The notes beneath the pieces are model-generated. The model saw only the letters and a program-made list of their open reading frames with translations. It had not been told where the DNA came from and searched no databases. Source: an uncultured delta proteobacterium (lineage in GTDB: Bacteria > Myxococcota_A > Polyangia > Polyangiales > Houyiibacteriaceae). From it: DNA of 64,000 nucleotides. The position numbers and the translations under genes were made by a program. Shown piece after piece: positions 9,102-19,800 of the stretch. The stretch spans positions 65,067 through 129,066 of the forward strand of contig CAWBAV010000013.1 of the NCBI GenBank assembly GCA_963786865.1, given 5' to 3'. Numbering within the stretch: position 1 is the first letter of the stretch; every line of letters starts with the position of its first letter.

Positions 9102-11554
9102 ATGTGGCGCTTCGACTTGATCTTGGCGATGTCGCTCATTCTGTTTTCCAGCACCGCCGTCGCCGAGGTCGTGGCGCTCAGGGACGGGACTCGGCTCGAC
9201 GTTCAGGGGTACGAGCTGAGAGACGAGGTCGTCGTGTTGACGCTGCTCGATGGCGAACGTCAGTCGGTTCCACGGGTCGACTTCGATCTCGAGACGACGG
9301 AGCGTCTCAACCCCGGGACTCGGGAGTCGAACGCCGAGCTTCCGCCGTTCTCCCCGCCCGCGCCCCTGGCGCCGGACGTCGTCTCACGGGACTCCGAGGG
9401 ACGCATCACGGCGAGGGCGACCCGCCTCGCGGAGCCCATCGTCGTCGACGGCAGACTGGACGACCCGGTCTACTCCGGCGTCAAACCGATCAACGGTTTC
9501 ATCCAGCAGGAACCGCTACGAAGGCGAGCCGGCCACCGAGAGGACAGCGAGGCGTGGGTCTTCTTCGACGAGCGCAACCTTTACGTCTCCGCCCGCTGCT
9601 GGGACAGCCATCCGGAGCGGATGGTGGCGAACGAGATGCGTCGCGACCACCGCAACATCCGCCAGAACGAGAACTTTCGCGTGGTGTTCGACACCGACTA
9701 CGACCGGCGGAACGGATTCTACTTCGCGACCAATCCCCTGGGCGCCATCCGGGACCAGTCGATCGGCGACGAAGGTCAGAACCAACAACCTCGACTGGAA
9801 CACGGTCTGGGACGTCAAGGCGTCCATGGACGAGCAGGGCTGGACGTTCGAGATGGCCATTCCCTTCAAGTCACTGCGGTTCAAGCACACCGGCCCCCAG
9901 GTCTGGAGCTTCAACCTGCGCCGCAACGTGAAGTGGAAGAACGAGACCTCCTCGCTCGCGCCGATTCCCGCCGCCCAGGGCGGTCGGGCCTTGTTCGTCT
10001 TCTCCGAGGCGGCCACCCTGGTCGGCGTCGAGGTTCCGGGCTCGAACCGGAACCTCGAGCTCAAGCCCTACGGCCTGTCCTCGCTGACGACGGACCAAAC
10101 GCCGATGTGCCGTGTCTCGAACGACCCCGACGCGGACTTCGGCTTCGACGCCAAGTACGGTCTGACCAGCGGGCTCATCGCGGACTTCACCTACAACACC
10201 GATTTCGCCCAGGTGGAGGAGGATCAGCAAGAGGTCAACCTGACCCGCTTCAATCTGCTTGTTTCCCGGAGAAGCGCGAGTTCTTTCTCGAAGGCCAGTC
10301 GATCTTCGCCTTCGGCGGACGGGTCGGCGACCGGGGCAGGCGGAGATCTCACGCCCATCATGTTCTTCAGCCGCCGCATCGGACTGACCGACGAGGGCGA
10401 GGATCCGATCCGCGCCGGCGGCCGGGTCACGGGCCGCGCCGGCCGATTCCAGATCGGCGCTATGAACATCCAGACCCGCGGCGTCGAGGACAATCCCCTC
10501 GATCCCCGCGACGAATTTCTCGGTGCTTGCGGGTGAAGCGCGACGTACTTCGGCGCAGCGACATCGGGCGTGATCGCCACCTATCGGAACACCTCTCCCA
10601 CCGAAGGCGCCGGCTCGCAACGGCGTCTTCGGCTTCGACGGGAACTTCGCCTTCTTTCAGAATCTGCGGCTGAACGCCTACTACGCCGCTGAGCCGGACC
10701 CGTCTTCGATCAGGGGGGAACGACGCCGGCGACGACGACGCAGAGCTACACGGGCAAGCTGGACTACGGAGGCGATCGCTACGGAGTCGTCCTCGAGCAC
10801 CTGTACGTCGGCGAGAACTTCCAGCCCGAGCTGGGATTTCTTGCGACGGGAAGCCTTTCGGCGAAACTACCTCCAGGGCCGCTTCAGTCCCCGTCCCCGA
10901 TCGATCGCGCGATCCGCGCTCGATGTGGCAGGCGGATCTCGATCGCATCACCGACCCCGGCGGCCAGCTCGAGACCCGGACCGCTCCAGGGGCAATTCCG
11001 CGTCGAGTTCGAGAACTCGGACCAGGCGCAGATCGAGTACACCAACAACGTCGAGGTCCTCTCCGAAGAGTTCGAGATCTCGGATGGCGTGATTCTCCCC
11101 GTGGGCGAATATCGCTTCCAGGACATCAAGGTCCAGTACAGCTTCGGCGCCCAGCGGCTCGTGCCGTCGACGATTCGAGTACCGAACGGGGAGCTTCTGG
11201 AGCGGCGACCGCGACACTCTCAACTTCAACGGTCGCGTCGAGGTCTCGCCCAAGTTCTCCCTCGAGCCGCGGCTGTCGCTCAACTGGGTGCGTTTGCCGG
11301 AGGGGGACTTCGAGACCCGCCTCGTCAGCACGCGAGTGAACTACACGTTCAGCCCGCGGATGGTCGTCAGCAGCTTCATTCAGTACAATTCACGGTCCGA
11401 CTCCCTGAGCACCAGCGTTCGCTTCCGATGGGAGTACGAGCCGGGAAGCGATCTCTTCGTCGTCTACAGCGAAGGACGTGAGGGTCTTTCGTTGACGCCT
11501 TTCCTCGCCAATCGGACCTTCGTGGTCAAATTGACGAAGCTCTTTCGCTTCTAG
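9102..11554 (+). pseudogene. DUF5916 / CBM9-like outer-membrane protein, broken by several frameshifts (probably assembly errors)
   Basis: Pieces in three frames: VDGRLDDPVY, WTFEMAIPFKSLRF, ELKPY, YNTDFAQVE..QVNLTRF, FPEKREFFLEG; barrel-type C-terminus KLFRF. Confidence 0.8.
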
Positions 11555-12811
11555 CGGTCTGCCGCCAGTGTTTCGGCTCGGGCGAGCTCGATCGCTCGAG
11601 CCCGGTGTCGGCGCGGTAGATCAACTTCCCCCCGCGCAACGTGTACCTCACGCTCTTGAGCGCGCCCAGGTCTTTGGCCGGGTCACCTTCCAGCACGACG
11701 ACATCGGCGGCTCGACCGGGCGCGATCCGTCCGAGCGTCTTCGCTGCTCCAAAGAGCTCGGCAGGAGCCGTCGTGAGCGAAGCGAGAATCTCTCGATAGC
11801 CCATGCCGGCCTCGGCCATCAGACGATACTCGTCGCTCGGATCGTAGCCGACGGCGCCAAGGTCGGTTCCGAACAAAACGATGCCGCCCGCGGCCCGAAA
11901 GGCACGCAGCTGGTCGAGGGCCGTTGCGACCATCGCTTCCTGCGCCGAGAGGCGGTCGTGCCTCAGGAAGAACTTCCAGAGGGCGAGGGTGGGGGTGAGC
12001 GCGACGCGGCGTTCCCCGATGTTCGTGAGGATCTCGTCGTCCCAGGGGCCGGACTGAGGCGTCGTATGGCCGACGACATCGACTCCAGCGCGAAGCGGCG
12101 GCGAGCACGTCCGCTCCGGTATTCGGGTGCGCGAAGACCGGTCGCTCGGAGCGATGGGCTTCGACGACGGCGGCCGCCATGGCGCTCTCGGGAAAGGGAG
12201 AGTGTGGCGACGGAGGCGCCTGCAGGTGGAGCTTGATGCCGTCGACGCCGGCGTCGAGGAGCTTTCTCGTGGCGGCCGCGGCTCCCGCGGCGTCGGCGAT
12301 CTCGGGGGCGGAAAGCTGGCATCAGCCCCATGAGCCTCAGAACGACGTCGGGCGGGGCCGCGCCCTGGGCGATGAGGGCTTCTCCCGTCGAGCGAATCCG
12401 CGGACCGGGTATCTCTCCCGACTCGACGCGATCCCGGAGCGCGCGCGTGTTGTCCCACGTCGACCCGGTGTCGAAGACGCTCGTGAAACCGTAGCGGGTG
12501 AGCATGTCCTCGAGCTGCCGGCTGAGCTCGGGCGCCGGGAGCGTCGCCGCGTTGGCCCACTTCCGCTCGAAGAAGTGCACGTGGCTGTTCCAGAACCCGG
12601 CCGTCAGGGTGCACCCCGTGCAGTCGAGCCGCTGGAAGTCTGAGGGGAGCTCGACCGAGCTTCGAGGACCCGTCGCGGCGATCTTTCCTCCTTCGATGAG
12701 AACGACGCCGTCCGGGATGGGCTCCTCGGCCGGAGCGGCGTGAATCGTGGCTCCCACGAGCGCGAGGTGATCTCGGGACGATGCCGACGTCGGGGGGCGA
12801 GTGGCGCCCAA
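11526..12811 (-). CDS. Amidohydrolase family protein (frameshifted near 12,100-12,330)
   Basis: AGFWNSHVH, FGTDLG and GRIAPGRAADVVVL motifs are split over two listed ORFs; start is approximate. Confidence 0.75.
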
Positions 12812-12812
12812 G

Positions 12813-13262
12813 CTACAGGTCCTTCCGGAAACAACGCACGACCCCGGCGTCCTCGAAACCGAGTACAAGGTGGGCCGCCGCGCTCGCTTCGTTGTCGGGC
12901 GCGGTATCCGACGCGAGCTCGGTGCAGCCCCGTGATCGCGCCCAGCCCTCGGAGGCCGACACGAGTGCCGCGCCCGCCCCACGCCGCCGAGCTTCAGGCG
13001 TGACGTACCAGCCTCCGAGGTAGGCGACGCGCTGGGAGCGGCATTCTTCCGCGGAGGGCCGGATGGAGGGCTCGGCGAGACCGAGCGCCCGCCCTTCACC
13101 GCCGACCGCACTCAGGAAGGTGAGCGGCTCCCGAGCTTCGCCCGCGAAGTAGCGCGCGATCTCGCCGGCGTGCTCTTCCTCCGACCCCTCGGGCCAGAGC
13201 GCTCGCCGCATCTGGAGCCAGACCGAAGCGTCCGCGGGCTCCGCGTGCCGGACCTCGGTCAT
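12813..13262 (-). CDS. GNAT acetyltransferase, AAC(6')-I-like
   Basis: W..MR.ALWP, AEPSIR, GWYV.PEARRRG, GCTELASD...N.AS..AH..LGF and FRKDL match the aminoglycoside 6'-N-acetyltransferase type I pattern. Confidence 0.75.
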   Translation of the reverse strand: MTEVRHAEPADASVWLQMRRALWPEGSEEEHAGEIARYFAGEAREPLTFLSAVGGEGRALGLAEPSIRPSAEECRSQRVAYLGGWYVTPEARRRGAGAALVSASEGWARSRGCTELASDTAPDNEASAAAHLVLGFEDAGVVRCFRKDL

Positions 13263-13433
13263 GGCGACAGTATACCGACCGGAGCTCGACGGAGCGGCAC
13301 ACGTGTGCCGCTGCCCCGGCTCTGGGCGAGGGAGCGCCGACGGAGCGGTCGACGTCCCTGAGAACCCGTCGTTCGTTGGGTTCGAGAGCAAGAGAAAACG
13401 ATACCGGCTTCGTAGACGCACCCCTCCGTCGGC

Positions 13434-14042
13434 TCAGTGAAAGGCGACTCCGACGCGGAACAGCGTCACGGCCTCCTCGGTGCCGAGCGCGGCGAAGCGC
13501 AGGTCGGTGTGGAGCCCAATCCGCTCGCCGAACCAGTAGTTGAATCCGCCGCCCAGGCCGAACGAGGCTCCCGAGCCATTCTCGCCAGCCGTGTAAAAAC
13601 CCGGCGACACGCTGAAGTACGGATCGGCGCGCGCCGTCTCGCTCCGGTCACCGAGATGAAGCGCGACGTTGGCCGAGAAGAGGCCGAAACTGACGTCGTC
13701 GACGAACTGGTAGTACCCCAGATCGCCACCAATGCCCAGCCGGCCAATTGGAAACGCTTCGCCGCCTCCGCCGCCGCCGAAGATCGAGTACCCATGGTTG
13801 CAGCGGCCGGCGGCGACGTTCCCGTAAGCATAGGGCCGGGTTGGCGACCGTCGAGCTTCCGGCTCCTCGTCGAGTTCGGGTGCCGTCGCGGCAGGCGCCT
13901 CGATTCGAAGGGTGCTACTCACGGGGAACTCGACGAGAGAGATCCGGCGCGATGACGAGCGAAGGTCGTCACCGGGCCAGGCGTTCCACGAGAAAGCCGA
14001 GCTCATCGCAACGGGGAGAAGGAAACGCGCCATCTGTTTCAC
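13434..14042 (-). CDS. Small outer-membrane beta-barrel protein
   Basis: SD ggagg before GTG; alternating Gly/aromatic strands (FGLGGGFNYWF); C-terminal RVGVAFH. Confidence 0.75.
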   Translation of the reverse strand: MKQMARFLLPVAMSSAFSWNAWPGDDLRSSSRRISLVEFPVSSTLRIEAPAATAPELDEEPEARRSPTRPYAYGNVAAGRCNHGYSIFGGGGGGEAFPIGRLGIGGDLGYYQFVDDVSFGLFSANVALHLGDRSETARADPYFSVSPGFYTAGENGSGASFGLGGGFNYWFGERIGLHTDLRFAALGTEEAVTLFRVGVAFH

Positions 14043-14130
14043 GGCTGTCCTCCTTTCGGCAACCGCTCGCCCCCGAAGGCCCGTCTCAACGTACGATGGC
14101 TCGATCGTCTCGAGCCTTCCACTTTCAACA

Positions 14131-14146
14131 AGCAAAGGGCGTGCCA
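14131..14146 (-). promoter_or_regulatory. Sigma-54 -24/-12 promoter for the beta-barrel gene
   Basis: Minus strand reads TGGCACGccctTTGCT, matching TGGCACG-N4-TTGC, about 90 nt upstream of the start. Confidence 0.75.
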
Positions 14147-14389
14147 CGGACCGCGGCGCGAGCCCTATTCAGATGTCTGGTTCCATGCCGCGGGATGAAG
14201 GGTGCCTGGGGGCGTGGCGAGGGTTGTTGCGAGGCACGACGCAACTTCAAACCCGGGCCGCGGGGGCCGTGCGCCATTCAGCTCACAACAGGAGTCCGTT
14301 GCCCCAACAGGAGGCGCGCCTCGGGGAGCTCGCCCCGCACGCTGGCGGTCGCTGTCCAGGATGCGTCCAGGCGTGCGTGCGAGGCGGCC

Positions 14390-14914
14390 TCAGCGAGAGC
14401 GAACCGCGTACTCGCTCTGGACGAGGCCGCTGTCGTACTGCCGCGTCGCCACGTGCTCGAGCAGGATGTCTTGGTCCAGCTCGCCGAAGAGCGGGATTCC
14501 GGCGCCGATGAGCACGGGAACGCGCGTGATGACGAGGCGTTGAATGAGCCCGGCCCGGAGAAAACGCTGGATCGTGATCCCGCCGTCGACGTAAGCATGG
14601 CGTATGCCGCGAGCGTCGAGCGCTGCGACGATCTTCGCCGGTTCTCCCGAGAGATGCTCGACGATGACCCCGTCCGGGACGGGAGGGAGGGTGCGGGTGC
14701 TGAGCGCGAAGACGGGCTTGTCTGCGTAAGGCCACGCGCCGAAGGCCAGGACGGTCTCCAGTGTATTCCGACCGATCACGAGCGCGTCGACGCTGGCCAT
14801 GAACTCCTCGAAGCCATGAGGCTCGCCCCCGTCCGCCGGCAGGAAATCCAGCTCACCGTGGACGCGAGCAATGAAGCCGTCGACGCTCGTCCCAACGAAG
14901 ACCGATGCTTTCAC
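14390..14914 (-). CDS. RibD C-terminal / dihydrofolate reductase-family protein
   Basis: SVDGFIAR, DALVIGRNT, YVDGG.TIQ.FL..GLI and PVLIGAGIPLF. Confidence 0.9.
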   Translation of the reverse strand: MKASVFVGTSVDGFIARVHGELDFLPADGGEPHGFEEFMASVDALVIGRNTLETVLAFGAWPYADKPVFALSTRTLPPVPDGVIVEHLSGEPAKIVAALDARGIRHAYVDGGITIQRFLRAGLIQRLVITRVPVLIGAGIPLFGELDQDILLEHVATRQYDSGLVQSEYAVRSR

Positions 14915-15018
14915 CGCAGTGCCCTCCGTCTCGTGATGTCGTTCCTCCAGCGCTGTGACAACGCCGATTCTACTCCGACGAGTACGGCCGAGTCTCCATG
15001 CCCTTCGCCGCGAGGGCG

Positions 15019-15072
15019 AAAAAAGGCGCGACCCGGCACCGACCGCCAGAGATCCGGTCGGTGCCAGGCACA
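15019..15072 (-). terminator. Probable intrinsic terminator after the 138-aa gene
   Basis: Perfect 10-bp stem ggcaccgacc/ggtcggtgcc (15035-15065), extendable with G-U pairs, followed on the minus strand by tttttt. Confidence 0.5.
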
Positions 15073-15093
15073 CGAGCCTATCGCCCCGCTGCC

Positions 15094-15510
15094 CTACACG
15101 CGTTGGGCCGTCAGAGTCACCTTGACCTCGCCGAGCGTCTTTTTCATGTTCGGCCGCTTGAGCTCGATCTTGGCGGACTTGGTGACGGGCGCCATCGTCG
15201 ATGTCAGGTCGAAGGTGACCCAGCCCACGCCTTCGTCGTCCTGGCCGAGCGTGCCTTTGTCGATCTCTCTCGCGGTGATGGTGAACTTCTTGCTCAACGT
15301 CCCGCTGGCAACGGTATAGGTGGCAATCCGTTTGCCAATCGATTGGACGCCGCCGCCCTGGTCGACCTTGCTCGAGGCCGGGTACGGATCGGGCCAGTGG
15401 ACGACGTTGCCGCCCTCTTGTGCCTTGATGTTCAGCTCGAAGTTGCCTTCACCGATGCCTTGCCCCTCGAGCACTTTGACGCTGTCCAGATCAACGTGAA
15501 CGTTTGCCAT
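15094..15510 (-). CDS. Hypothetical all-beta protein, C2-domain-like (138 aa)
   Basis: SD gaggagg; beta-strand pattern with REIDKGTLGQDDEG and terminal GEVKVTL; no signal peptide. Confidence 0.7.
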   Translation of the reverse strand: MANVHVDLDSVKVLEGQGIGEGNFELNIKAQEGGNVVHWPDPYPASSKVDQGGGVQSIGKRIATYTVASGTLSKKFTITAREIDKGTLGQDDEGVGWVTFDLTSTMAPVTKSAKIELKRPNMKKTLGEVKVTLTAQRV

Positions 15511-15688
15511 GAGAGTCCTCCTCGTTTGTTGTGGTCTCTTTGATGAGAACGCAGGACTGCGGCAAAGCCGGACAGGCTGTTCGCCGAGGAGGAGCACGGA
15601 CGGTTCTGCCGCGAGGCCGACCAGGGGCGCCCGCCCTCCGGGGCGTGCCCGGATCGTGTCGTCCTCGAGCCGCGTCGTGGGCCTGACG

Positions 15689-16864
15689 TTATCTCACGGC
15701 TTCGAGGACGCGGTGGAGCGCGAGCTTCGGGTTGAGCGCGGGCTGGTCGTAGATGTTCCATCCCGTGAAGACGGCGATGAGATCGCGCTCGGGCACGACG
15801 AGGAGATACTGGCCTCCGTAGCCGCGCGCGGCGGCGACGTAGGGCGCCTTCCCGCCATCGTTCGGGAGGAGCCACCATTGATACCCGTATTGATAGGCGC
15901 TCTCTTCGCCGGCAGTGACGGCGGGCTTCGTGGAAGCGGCAACCCAGCCTTCGGGTAAGCCGCGTTTTCCCTCCCAGATACCGTCGTGCTGATACAGATA
16001 GCCGATCTTGGCGAGGTCGCGCGTGGTGAGGTAGAGCCCGCCCTCGCAGTCGAGAAGTCCCGTCGGGGTCTTCTTCCAGTAGTAGCTGTCGATACCGAGC
16101 GGGCCGAACAGGTGCTTCTCGGCGTAAACGTCAGCCTGGTCGCCCGTGGCCTCGAGAAGGATCTGGGCAAGGAGCATGGTGACGCCGCTGTTGTAGACGA
16201 ACCGCTCGCCCGGGGTCGCCGCCATGGGCTCTCCCACGACGAACTGGATCCAGTCGTCGCTCGCTTCCATGCGGGCGCAGCTGTTCTTCGGATCGGTATA
16301 GGTGACGGTGCTCTCGTCCCACTCGATACCCGACGTCATGGTGAGGAGGTCCCCTAGGGTCATCGCGGCCCAGCCGGGGTCCTCCCGGGTTTGGAACCGT
16401 GCGAAGTAGGGGAGGACCTTCACTTCGACGCCGGGGATCTTGCCCTGGCCGATGGCGATGCCGATGAGCGCCGACGTGACGCTCTTCGAGACGGACTGCA
16501 TCGTATGGAGCGGCCCTTTCTCGTAGTAAGGATGCCAGTCGGGGTCGTAGTAGTTGTAGGGCCCGCGCGCGCCGCCTTCTTTTTCGAAGAGGGCGTCGTA
16601 GTCGTGCGTGTAGGACGCCTCGTAGACGACGAAGCCATTCTTGACGACGAGCATCCCGTCGACGTAGCCGTGCGCTCCCGAGCCGAGCTCGGCGTCGAAC
16701 GCCTTCAGGACGGCGGGGTCGAGTCCCTGGACCTCCGGGGTCGACGTCTTCCAGCCCTTCGTGGGCCAACCCGCGGCGCTCTGCGCCGAGAGCACGGAAG
16801 GCGCGGCCACTGCGAGCGCGAGGGCGAAAGCGAAAGCCAGAGCGAGAGACCTTCGATGGGTCAT
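15689..16864 (-). CDS. Serine hydrolase, beta-lactamase/penicillin-binding family, exported
   Basis: SVSK (SxxK), LLTMTSG, FVYNS and GYGGQ motifs; signal peptide. Confidence 0.9.
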   Translation of the reverse strand: MTHRRSLALAFAFALALAVAAPSVLSAQSAAGWPTKGWKTSTPEVQGLDPAVLKAFDAELGSGAHGYVDGMLVVKNGFVVYEASYTHDYDALFEKEGGARGPYNYYDPDWHPYYEKGPLHTMQSVSKSVTSALIGIAIGQGKIPGVEVKVLPYFARFQTREDPGWAAMTLGDLLTMTSGIEWDESTVTYTDPKNSCARMEASDDWIQFVVGEPMAATPGERFVYNSGVTMLLAQILLEATGDQADVYAEKHLFGPLGIDSYYWKKTPTGLLDCEGGLYLTTRDLAKIGYLYQHDGIWEGKRGLPEGWVAASTKPAVTAGEESAYQYGYQWWLLPNDGGKAPYVAAARGYGGQYLLVVPERDLIAVFTGWNIYDQPALNPKLALHRVLEAVR

Positions 16865-19800
16865 GGATTTTCGGACTCCTCTTCATCTGCGGGCTTGGGC
16901 GGGCGCGGCCGATCGAGGCTCATGCTCACGCCCCCCGAAAAAGCTCGAGCCTTGCGCTCGACGCGGTGGTCGCCGTCGACGAGGTACTGCAGGATCGCCC
17001 GGTCCCAGCTCGAGCCCGGCGGTGGCGACGAGCTTCATCCAGTCGCCGTGGGCGGTCTCGTCCGGCGCCTCGGTCGTGCCGCTCCAGACGGTGATCTTGG
17101 GATTGTAGCCGCCCGGTCGAGCCGGGCGAGGGCGCGCGGTCTCCCTTGATCGCGGTGTGGATCATGACGTCGTTCACCATGGGAAGCTTGAACACCTCGT
17201 CGTCGTCGAAGGCGCGCGCCGTAGCGACGGTAGCGATCGTAGTTCCGCTGGTTCATGGCGTAGACGTCCGGGGCTCGCGTTGATCGCCTCGGTGATGTAG
17301 TCGCGGATCTCGAACGCGGCGTCCTTGTGGCGGGGAAAGCGCGGGTCGTCCGTATAGCCGAAGCCGGGCATGAACCAGCCCTTGTTCATGCTCCAGTTGC
17401 GCTCGGTGATGCGGCCGCGGCGAACGAGGCCGGTGTACTCGGAGAAGAGCTGCACGAGCTGGTGGGACGGATAGCCGTGAGGGTTGAGGAAGATGTCCGG
17501 GAGCCACGTGTTCCAGAGGCGTCGGCCGCACGCGTGGACTCGGGGTAGATGGGCATCGGCTCGGAGCCGTCCGAGGTCACGTCGCATGCCGAGCGAGCGC
17601 GTAGTAGCCCGCGTGCAGGATGTAGCTCCGGCGTATCTCGGTAGAGGTCGTAGGCGAGCTGCGCGCCGTCGGGGTTCGTGATCGGATGGATGACGACGTT
17701 GACCTTGTCGAGCTTGCTTCCGCTCGCTCGGGGTCGGTGAGCAGGAGCTCGCGCGAGCTTGAGCACGTGGGAGGTCGAGGAGACCTCGTTGGCGTGCTGG
17801 CGCGCCGAGTAGACCACCGTCGGCTTGAGCGTCGTCGCCTTGTGCCTGCGACAAGTGCGAGGCCTCGATCGGCGCCATCAGGTCCATGGCCCAGATCGTC
17901 CTGGCCGAGGTAGCTCTCACCGACGCTGTAGACGGTGGCTTCGTCGAAGCTCGCCATCTCCGCGAGCACCCCGTAGGCCTCGGGCGGCGGCATGGGCGTG
18001 TCCCACTGCACGATCGCCGTCGCCGGCGGGACGGCGCCGGGAAAGCGGGCGATGTCCGGCAGCGGCGCGGGCTCAGCCGTTCGCGGGAGCGTCGCGACAC
18101 GCTCCGTCTCCGTCGCTTCGGTGCTCCCAGGCCCTGAGCGTCACGTCGAGCTCGCCGAGCGTCCGGGATAGCAAGCTCGTCCGCGTAGAGCACGCGCGCG
18201 TCAGCTCGCTCGAGGTTCGCGGAGCATCGCGACCGCCTGACCGGCGGAGAGGATGCGCTCGTCGACGTTCTCCGAGCGCGCGCGATCTTGAGCTCGTCGC
18301 GCTCGTCGTTCTCGGTGTCGACCTTCTGACGCGCAGCTCGAGACGCGCGAGGCCGGGCTCGCCGTCGCGCACCCAGGCGGCCAGCGCACTCGGGACGGTC
18401 CACGGCGACCTTGGGAATGTCGAGCCGAAGCTCGCCTGCGTGCCGTCGCGCTCGCTCGTAGTCGACGCACCACGGCGGGTCGGCTCGTCGCGAACCCGGT
18501 GAAGCGAATGCGCGCCGTCCCGGCGCCGCCGTCCGCTCTTCGGCACGGACGCGCGGGAGCACTCCGACCCGGGTAGGTGAGCTCTTCTCCGCGGGCGTTT
18601 CGGCCGAGCAGACGGAAGAATGTGAGCGTCGTGAAGTAGATGTCCTCGTGAAGCGCGTCCATCGACGAGACGATCTCTCTGTCGACGTCGATCTGGTAGT
18701 CGGGCTCGCACAGCTCGAGCTCGACCGCGAGCTCTCCGAAGTACGGCGCGTCCTTGCCGTCGCCGCGCGGGTTGCCCTCGTGGCGCTCCATCACGTAGTC
18801 GTAGACGCGCGGGAGCGTTTGGCTCTGAAAGTGATCCCAGAAGCGCTCCGGGTCGGTCACGATGCGCTGGTCGAGCACGCGTCTCGTCGCCGACGTGCGC
18901 CGTTACCCAGCCCGTGGTGACGCTCACCATCTCGTAGTCGCGGAAGCGGTCGAAGTAGGGGCGCAGCACGAGCTTCGGCTCGAAGCTCTCGCGCAACATC
19001 TCGCTGCCGTCCGTCGCGGTGGCGATGACCTCGTAGGCCGGGGCCTCGTGAGGCGCCATCTCGAAGCGGATCGCTCGAGGTCGAACGCCGAGCTCGCGCG
19101 CGAGGATCTCGTCGATGGGGAAGGCCTCCTGCAGCCAGCGCATCGGCGTGCTGCATCGCCTGCTGGGGCCACTCGTCGGGGGTGCGTACTCGCGCGAATC
19201 GAATCGTGAGCTCGGAGACGCCCCGTGCCTTCGAGGCGGGCACGACCGTCGTAGAGCCAGCTGTAGCCCTGCTTGTAGGCGGAGAGGACGCGCACGTCTG
19301 GGTCGCGTGCCGCCTTTGTCTCGCAAGGACGCCTCGAGCCGGCTTCTGGCGCGACGCACGTCGGGCGGCTCCGAGAGGCGGAGCCTCGACGACGACGGGA
19401 CGGCCGCGCCGCACCCGGGCAGCAGCCGGACGCGGACGAGACGCCAGCAGCTCGTCGACTTCCGAGGGAATGGCGAAGCGTTTCGTCGAAGATCGACGCT
19501 CGCGTTCTGCACGTCGCGGTCGTCGATCACGACTTCGACCGTTCCGGCCACCGAGCTTCGCGACGCGCTCGCGGACGAGCTCCGCGAAGCCGGGGTCGGC
19601 TCTTCTCGACGAGACCAGGGCGCGGACGGAGGCGAGCTCGCGCCCTTCGAGACGCTCGACGAGCGGTCGAGCTTGTAGAGCGCCGTCGCCGCCTGGCCGG
19701 CGGGGGAGCGCCCGGAGAAGAACTTCCACAGCTCGATCTCGACGTCGTCGACGGTCGGGCGGTCCTTGCCGCGCTCCCCGAGTTGGGGAAGTGGACCGCG

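Noticed and set aside
11526-15510. Run of same-strand stand-alone genes including an AAC(6')-like gene, suggesting an integron cassette array
   Set aside because: No RYYYAAC...GTTRRRY attC sites, no shared intergenic repeat and no integrase; several genes have their own promoters.
15689-16864. Beta-lactamase resistance gene
   Set aside because: SxxK and YxS are shared by many esterases and amidases; the GYGGQ motif and context fit a general serine hydrolase.
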